Shown: positions 58,806-64,000 of the stretch, piece by piece
Position numbering within the stretch: position 1 is the stretch's first letter
Layout of the letters: every line of letters starts with the position of its first letter
Assembly (NCBI GenBank): GCA_020348925.1
Contig: CP070758.1
Location: forward strand, 310,001 to 374,000
Length of the DNA: 64,000 bases
Direction: 5' to 3'
Origin: Gemmatimonadota bacterium
GTDB taxonomy: Bacteria > JBHIER01 > G020348925
Notes under the pieces: generated by a model
Told to the model about the DNA's origin: nothing
Databases searched by the model: none
Seen by the model: only the letters and a program-made list of their open reading frames with translations
Translations under genes and position numbers: made by a program

Positions 58806-59864
58806 ATGGACATAGCCGTCATCGGGGCCGGAGGTTCAGTCGGCCGTCAGATCGCCCACATGATCGTCTCAGAGAGGTTGTTGGAAAAAGATGAGCGTCT
58901 CATTCTGGTGGGCAACCCTGAAGGATCAAGCGCCAAGAGTGTCTTTGGCTTCGCCGTGGACCTGACCGATGCCTACGCCGATATCAGCCCCCGAATCGAG
59001 GTGACCCTCTCACCGGATGAGATCCAAGCCGATTTGATCGTGATGGCCTGCGGCGCGACGATACCTGTGAGCCGAAAAACGGACAGAATCAGCCGGGACT
59101 ATCTTGCCGAGAGCAATCATCCTGTATTTGAACGCTATGCCTCCGCCTTGGCACGACACGGGCGCGGCAGCGAGATCGTCATCTGTATTTCCAATCCCAA
59201 CGAGCTCGCTGTGGCAGTCTTTGCCAAGCATCTGGGACGAAACCGAGTGATCGGAATGGGCGCCTTTCTCGATTCCCTGCGTTTTCGAAAGGAGATTGCT
59301 CTTGACCTCGGCATCCGCAGGCAGAGGATTCACGGATTCATGCTGGGAGAGCACGGGTTCAATATGGTCCCTATCTGGAGCGGCATTCACATCTATGGAT
59401 TTCAGGAAGACGACTTGCAGGACACATTAGGGAGGATTCGTAAAGGTTATCAAACGCCGCATTTCCATAGAGATGTCGCTCAGGCAAGCGGCACATTAAA
59501 GACGCTGATATCCGAGGGTAAAGTGCAGGAGACCTATGCGTTGGTCGATGAATATCCGCCTGATATTCGAGTTGCCCTAAAGCCCTTTGTGACCCATTTC
59601 AGCGGGTCCAAGACCGTGACCGGAACGGCCAAGGCCACCATGGAATTGATCCGCACGATTACGATGGGCAACGATGCCTTTATCTCGGGACAGCTCAGTA
59701 TTGAAGGCGAGTTCCACAGTATTCACAGCACGATAGGGGTTCCCTTTGTCATAGGAAATCAGGGGGTCGAGCGAATCGTAGAGATTTCCTTAGCGGACGA
59801 AGAGAAAGAGCTGCTCCTTCAAAGCTCCCGGAAGGTCCAGGAGAAAATAGACGCGTTTCTGTAG
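58806..59864 (+). CDS. Lactate/malate dehydrogenase-family protein (divergent)
   Basis: IAVIGAGGSVG, ISNP, LDSLRF, GEHG, GVP..IG..G; RBS GGAGG. Confidence 0.82.
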   Translation: MDIAVIGAGGSVGRQIAHMIVSERLLEKDERLILVGNPEGSSAKSVFGFAVDLTDAYADISPRIEVTLSPDEIQADLIVMACGATIPVSRKTDRISRDYLAESNHPVFERYASALARHGRGSEIVICISNPNELAVAVFAKHLGRNRVIGMGAFLDSLRFRKEIALDLGIRRQRIHGFMLGEHGFNMVPIWSGIHIYGFQEDDLQDTLGRIRKGYQTPHFHRDVAQASGTLKTLISEGKVQETYALVDEYPPDIRVALKPFVTHFSGSKTVTGTAKATMELIRTITMGNDAFISGQLSIEGEFHSIHSTIGVPFVIGNQGVERIVEISLADEEKELLLQSSRKVQEKIDAFL

Positions 59865-60071
59865 GAACACATTTCCTTAATTAACGGACGCTCTATCTGC
59901 CTGAAATGCAGGGCGATTTGAAGGATTCGTACCCCAAAACAGACGTTTCCCATTTCAGGTTACCCCGGACTATTTGCTCCGTTCCCTTAATAAACCCTTG
60001 ACTTCTATGAAGTTTCTCTCCATATTTAGCAGTCCGTTTCGAAGGCGCTTCGTAACGCGGGAAGAACAATT

Positions 60072-61631
60072 ATGGAGAAATCGATGAACGACGAGAATAC
60101 GAGAAAGGGCGGAGATTCTGTTATCCCGATTGAAAATAAGGCCCCTGAGCGAAAAAATATCCTGGAGAACCACATCATCGAGCCGGAGAACGCCCTGCCC
60201 GAGGTGACGCTGGAGGAGCTGCCCGAGAGGGTGCGCAAGGCCGCCGCCCGCGCGGGCTGGACAAAGTTGATGCCGGTGCAGGCCAAGGCGATCCCTTACA
60301 TTTTGGCCGGGCGTGATTTGATGATCCAGTCGCGCACGGGCAGCGGGAAGACCGGCGCGTACATTCTACCGATTCTGGAGAGAATCGACCAAAGCCGAAG
60401 CGTATGCCAGGTTCTGATACTGGTGCCCACGCGGGAGCTCGCCCGGCAGGTCACACAAGAGGCGGAGACTCTGAGCGGCGGCACGAGGATTCACACTGTT
60501 GCGGCCTACGGCGGCGTCGGGTACGGCCCACAGATCCAAGCCTTTCGCACAGGAGCCCACCTGGTGGTGGGCACCCCCGGGCGCATTCTCGATCACCTGC
60601 TGAAGGGCTCACTGTCGTTGAAGCACCTGAAAATTCTCATTCTCGATGAGGCTGACCGCATGCTGTCGATGGGCTTTTACCCGGACATGAAGGAGGTTCA
60701 AGGTTACCTTCCGTCCCGCCGAATCAACGGCTATATGTTCTCTGCCACCTTCCCTCCCCACGTGATCCGCCTGGCAGCCGAATTTCTCCAGAATCCTGAG
60801 TTTCTGAGCTTGAGCAGTGATCGCGTTCACGTGGCCGAGACCGAGCATGTTTACTACGTCGTTCCGGCCATGAAAAAGGACCGGTGCCTGGTGCGCATCA
60901 TCGAGATCGAGAATCCGACCTCGGCCCTCATCTTCTGCAATACCAGGGCCGAGGTGCATTATGTGACGGTGGTGCTGCAACGATTCGGTTACGACGCCGA
61001 CGAGTTGAGCTCCGACCTCTCACAGGGAGCTCGGGAAAGTATCATGACGCGTGTTCGAAAGGGCGCCCTCCGCTTTCTGGTGGCCACCGACGTGGCCGCG
61101 CGCGGGATCGACCTTCCCGAACTTTCACACGTCATCCTGTATGAACCGCCCGAGGATCACGAGATTTACATCCATCGTGCCGGACGCACCGGCCGGGCCG
61201 GGGCGGGCGGGGTGGCCATCTCGCTTGTGAGCGGTCTCGAACAAATGGAGTTGACTCGCATTGCCAAACGGTACGGCATCGACATGCAGGAAAGGCCATT
61301 GCCCAGCGAGGCGGACGTTGAGGCCATCGTTTCGCAGCGTGTGACGGTCCTGCTGGAGGCACGGCTGCGCTCGCGCGACACGCTCCAGACCGAGCGCATG
61401 CAGCGGTTCGTTCCCCTGGGTCAAAGTCTGGCCCAGAGCGAGGATGAATCGGCCATCATCGCCATGCTGCTGGATGATTACTACCAGCAGACGCTTCATG
61501 CTCCGCCAACGCCACCACGGCAGCCGAAGAGATCCGGGCGGACCACGGCTTCCGATTCGGACGGCAAAAGGAAAAAAAACCGCCACCGGACAGGCCGCCG
61601 GCGACGCAAAAAACAGGCTCCTCAGTCGTGA
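60072..61631 (+). CDS. DEAD-box RNA helicase
   Basis: TGSGKT, PTRELA, TPGR, DEAD, SAT, ARGID, HRAGRTGRAG; basic tail. Confidence 0.95.
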   Translation: MEKSMNDENTRKGGDSVIPIENKAPERKNILENHIIEPENALPEVTLEELPERVRKAAARAGWTKLMPVQAKAIPYILAGRDLMIQSRTGSGKTGAYILPILERIDQSRSVCQVLILVPTRELARQVTQEAETLSGGTRIHTVAAYGGVGYGPQIQAFRTGAHLVVGTPGRILDHLLKGSLSLKHLKILILDEADRMLSMGFYPDMKEVQGYLPSRRINGYMFSATFPPHVIRLAAEFLQNPEFLSLSSDRVHVAETEHVYYVVPAMKKDRCLVRIIEIENPTSALIFCNTRAEVHYVTVVLQRFGYDADELSSDLSQGARESIMTRVRKGALRFLVATDVAARGIDLPELSHVILYEPPEDHEIYIHRAGRTGRAGAGGVAISLVSGLEQMELTRIAKRYGIDMQERPLPSEADVEAIVSQRVTVLLEARLRSRDTLQTERMQRFVPLGQSLAQSEDESAIIAMLLDDYYQQTLHAPPTPPRQPKRSGRTTASDSDGKRKKNRHRTGRRRRKKQAPQS

Positions 61632-61889
61632 GAACCCTGAGGATAGAGTCAAGAAATAAAATCTTCCTGTTGAAGCTCAGCGCAATTCACAGACGAAAGG
61701 GGGCTTCCGATAACTTAAATACAATCAAGGATTTACACTCTTTCTTAATAAAAATCCTTGATTCTCACTAAAGCCCTCTCCATATTAGTGAGAAGTAAGA
61801 TACAAGGGATTGCCCAGTATATTAAATGAGTCCCTCCATCAACGACACATTCCACAAAGAATCTACTAAGTAACACGTGGATATATTAT

Positions 61890-62570
61890 ATGCCGATGCA
61901 GTACCGACAAATCATAAAAAAGCTCAAATCTCTATCCAGTCCTGAGAATGTGGCCGGAATGGCCAGGTTCGGGATCAATCCGAAGAAGATCCTGGGCATT
62001 TCCATGCCCACGCTGCGCAAGATGGCCAAGGATATCGGCAAGAATCATAAACTGGCTGAGCAGCTTTGGGCATCGGGCATTCACGAAGCCCGAATTCTGG
62101 CCTGTCTCATCGATGATCCAATTCTGGTCACCGAAGAGCAAATGGACCTGTGGGTGGAGGATTTCGATTCCTGGGATGTGTGTGACCAATGCTGCATGAA
62201 CCTCTTCGATAAAACAGATCGGGCGTACCAGAAAAGCGAGGAATGGAGCGAGCGAGACGAAGAGTTTGTCAAGCGCGCCGGTTTTGCCATGATGGCCGCT
62301 TTAGCCGTTCATGATAAAAAGGCCGAAGATATCTACTTCAAACCCTTTTTCCCTATCATCAAAAGGGAAGCCATTGACGATCGCAACTTTGTTAAAAAAG
62401 CGGTCAACTGGGCCTTGCGACAAATCGGGAAGCGAAATAAAAGATTGAACAGAGCTGCGGTCAGAACGGCCAAAGAAATACAACAGATTGATTCAAAAAG
62501 CGCCAGATGGATCGCCTCAAACGCTCTGCGAGAGTTGACGAGTGAGAAGGTGCAGGCAAAATTGAAATAA
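61890..62570 (+). CDS. AlkD-like DNA alkylation repair protein
   Basis: LW..G.HEAR.LA, SWDVCD, D.RNFVKKAVNWALRQIGKR. Confidence 0.9.
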   Translation: MPMQYRQIIKKLKSLSSPENVAGMARFGINPKKILGISMPTLRKMAKDIGKNHKLAEQLWASGIHEARILACLIDDPILVTEEQMDLWVEDFDSWDVCDQCCMNLFDKTDRAYQKSEEWSERDEEFVKRAGFAMMAALAVHDKKAEDIYFKPFFPIIKREAIDDRNFVKKAVNWALRQIGKRNKRLNRAAVRTAKEIQQIDSKSARWIASNALRELTSEKVQAKLK

Positions 62571-62644
62571 AGCTTTAGGTGAAGGCTCCAATTCCAAATA
62601 CATTCACTCAATACATCAGAATCACCAGGAAGGAGAAACGAAAA

Positions 62645-63013
62645 ATGCCGAGAGTCATTCATTTCGAGATCAATGCGGATAACCCTAAGCGCGCGGTCAG
62701 GTTTTACTCGGATGTCTTTGGATGGGAAATACAGAAGTGGGAGGGACCGATGGAGTACTGGCTCATCTCCGCCGGGGAAAAAGACGAGCCCGGCATCGAC
62801 GGGGCCATCACGAAACGTCAGCATCCGGACGTTTCGACCGTCAACACCATTTCAGTCCCATCGATTGATGACTTTATGGAAAAAGTAACGGGCTGTGGCG
62901 GTCGCATCGTGACCGAGAAGACCACCATACCCGGGATCGGCCAATTCTGCTACTGCCAGGACACGGAGGGAAATACATTCGGGATCATAGAGGAGGAAAA
63001 ATCCGCAGAATGA
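62645..63013 (+). CDS. VOC/glyoxalase-family protein
   Basis: MPRVIHFEI.ADNP.RA..FY..VFGW, IPGIG.F....DTEGN.FG. Confidence 0.9.
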   Translation: MPRVIHFEINADNPKRAVRFYSDVFGWEIQKWEGPMEYWLISAGEKDEPGIDGAITKRQHPDVSTVNTISVPSIDDFMEKVTGCGGRIVTEKTTIPGIGQFCYCQDTEGNTFGIIEEEKSAE

Positions 63014-63050
63014 AGATCCATGCGATGAGAGGGAGGTGAAGGGGCTCTCG

Positions 63051-64000
63051 ATGAAAAATATTATCGCCCTGTTTTTACTCCCTGCGATTGTATCTCTCGG
63101 AAACGCCCAGCAATTTCAGGAATTTCTCAGTCGTGTCAATTCCGCACCGGATTCACTGAAACCCGCCATTGTAGATAGCTTTATGGAAGCAGTGGAAGGG
63201 TTCCCTCTGATCGAACATGACATGTTTGCCCATTTCATATACCGGGGCAATGCCAACAGAGTCAACGTTCCCGGAGACGCCAATTCCTGGGATCCGAGTG
63301 CGTACCCCATGACCCGAGTCGAGGGCACCGATCTTTGGTATATGAAACAGACGTTCGAATCGGACGCCCGCCTCGATTACAAGTTCGTCCTCAACGGAAG
63401 TGCCTGGATCCTTGATCCCCTAAATCCCCACCGGGTATCCGGGGGGTTTGGCCCCAACTCGGAATTACGCATGCCGGACTATGTCCCCGCGCCGGAGATC
63501 GAGTACTATCCAGATATTCCCCATGGCGCTCTGTGGGACACGACCTTTTTCAGCCCTCAGTTGGGAAATTCCCGAAGGATTCGGATCTATACGCCTCCCG
63601 GGTATGAAACATCAAGCGATAGCTTCGGAACGATCCTTTTCCACGATGGCCTTGAATATGTGTCACTAGCCAATACGGATAATGTTCTGGATTATCTCAT
63701 CTGGCACAATTGGATCCAACCCGTCATCGCCGTCTTCGTGCCTCCCGTGAATCGGACACCCGAATATGCCGGCAATCAAAAAGATGAATTTACGGCTTTT
63801 ATTGTTGATGAAATCATTCCCTGGGTCGATTCCAAATATCGGACTATTCAAGATCCGGCTTACCGATCAACATTGGGTGCTTCCAATGGAGGAAATATCG
63901 CCTTGTGGTTAGGACTGCAGCATCCTGAAGTCTTCGGAAACATTGCAGCACAATCCAGCAACGTCGAAACATCTATCTCAAGCGGATTTCAGAATAGTCC
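63051..64000 (+). CDS. Exported esterase (enterochelin-esterase-like alpha/beta hydrolase), truncated by the window end
   Basis: RBS GGAGGT; signal peptide; V.VPGD.N.W..ARLDYKFVLNG..ILDPLNP, IYTPPGY, FHDG, GASNGG nucleophile motif; absent from the ORF track because there is no stop in the window. Confidence 0.88.
   Translation, partial: MKNIIALFLLPAIVSLGNAQQFQEFLSRVNSAPDSLKPAIVDSFMEAVEGFPLIEHDMFAHFIYRGNANRVNVPGDANSWDPSAYPMTRVEGTDLWYMKQTFESDARLDYKFVLNGSAWILDPLNPHRVSGGFGPNSELRMPDYVPAPEIEYYPDIPHGALWDTTFFSPQLGNSRRIRIYTPPGYETSSDSFGTILFHDGLEYVSLANTDNVLDYLIWHNWIQPVIAVFVPPVNRTPEYAGNQKDEFTAFIVDEIIPWVDSKYRTIQDPAYRSTLGASNGGNIALWLGLQHPEVFGNIAAQSSNVETSISSGFQNS

Overview
Bacterial chromosomal window, probably from an FCB-group-like lineage (inferred from a QNYPNPFNP/FlgD-Ig C-terminal domain and dockerin-tagged secreted proteins; taxonomy not proven). 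About 45 intact CDSs. I saw no rRNA, tRNA or CRISPR array. The most striking part is a minus-strand signalling cassette at about 27.7-36.5 kb. In transcription order it has a sigma54-type promoter, a sigma54 activator with no receiver domain, a second sigma54-type promoter, a c-di-GMP-I riboswitch with an overlapping terminator, two units of [decayed small exported-protein gene + intact TPR gene], an intact GAF-PAS-GGDEF cyclase, and decayed HD-GYP and FHA genes. Four secreted proteins (lamin-tail/Ig protein, ExeM nuclease, six-repeat Kazal protein, M6 metalloprotease) share one Cys-clamped dockerin variant. Also present: an archaeal/eukaryote-type PheRS with a Zn-ribbon insertion, a GGA-rich sRNA candidate, GTCATT...AATGAC palindromic repeats, a RAYT pseudogene, a FecR + output-less CHASE2 pair, and several very small proteins, one missed by the ORF track. 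Family assignments come from reading motifs by eye, not from database searches.
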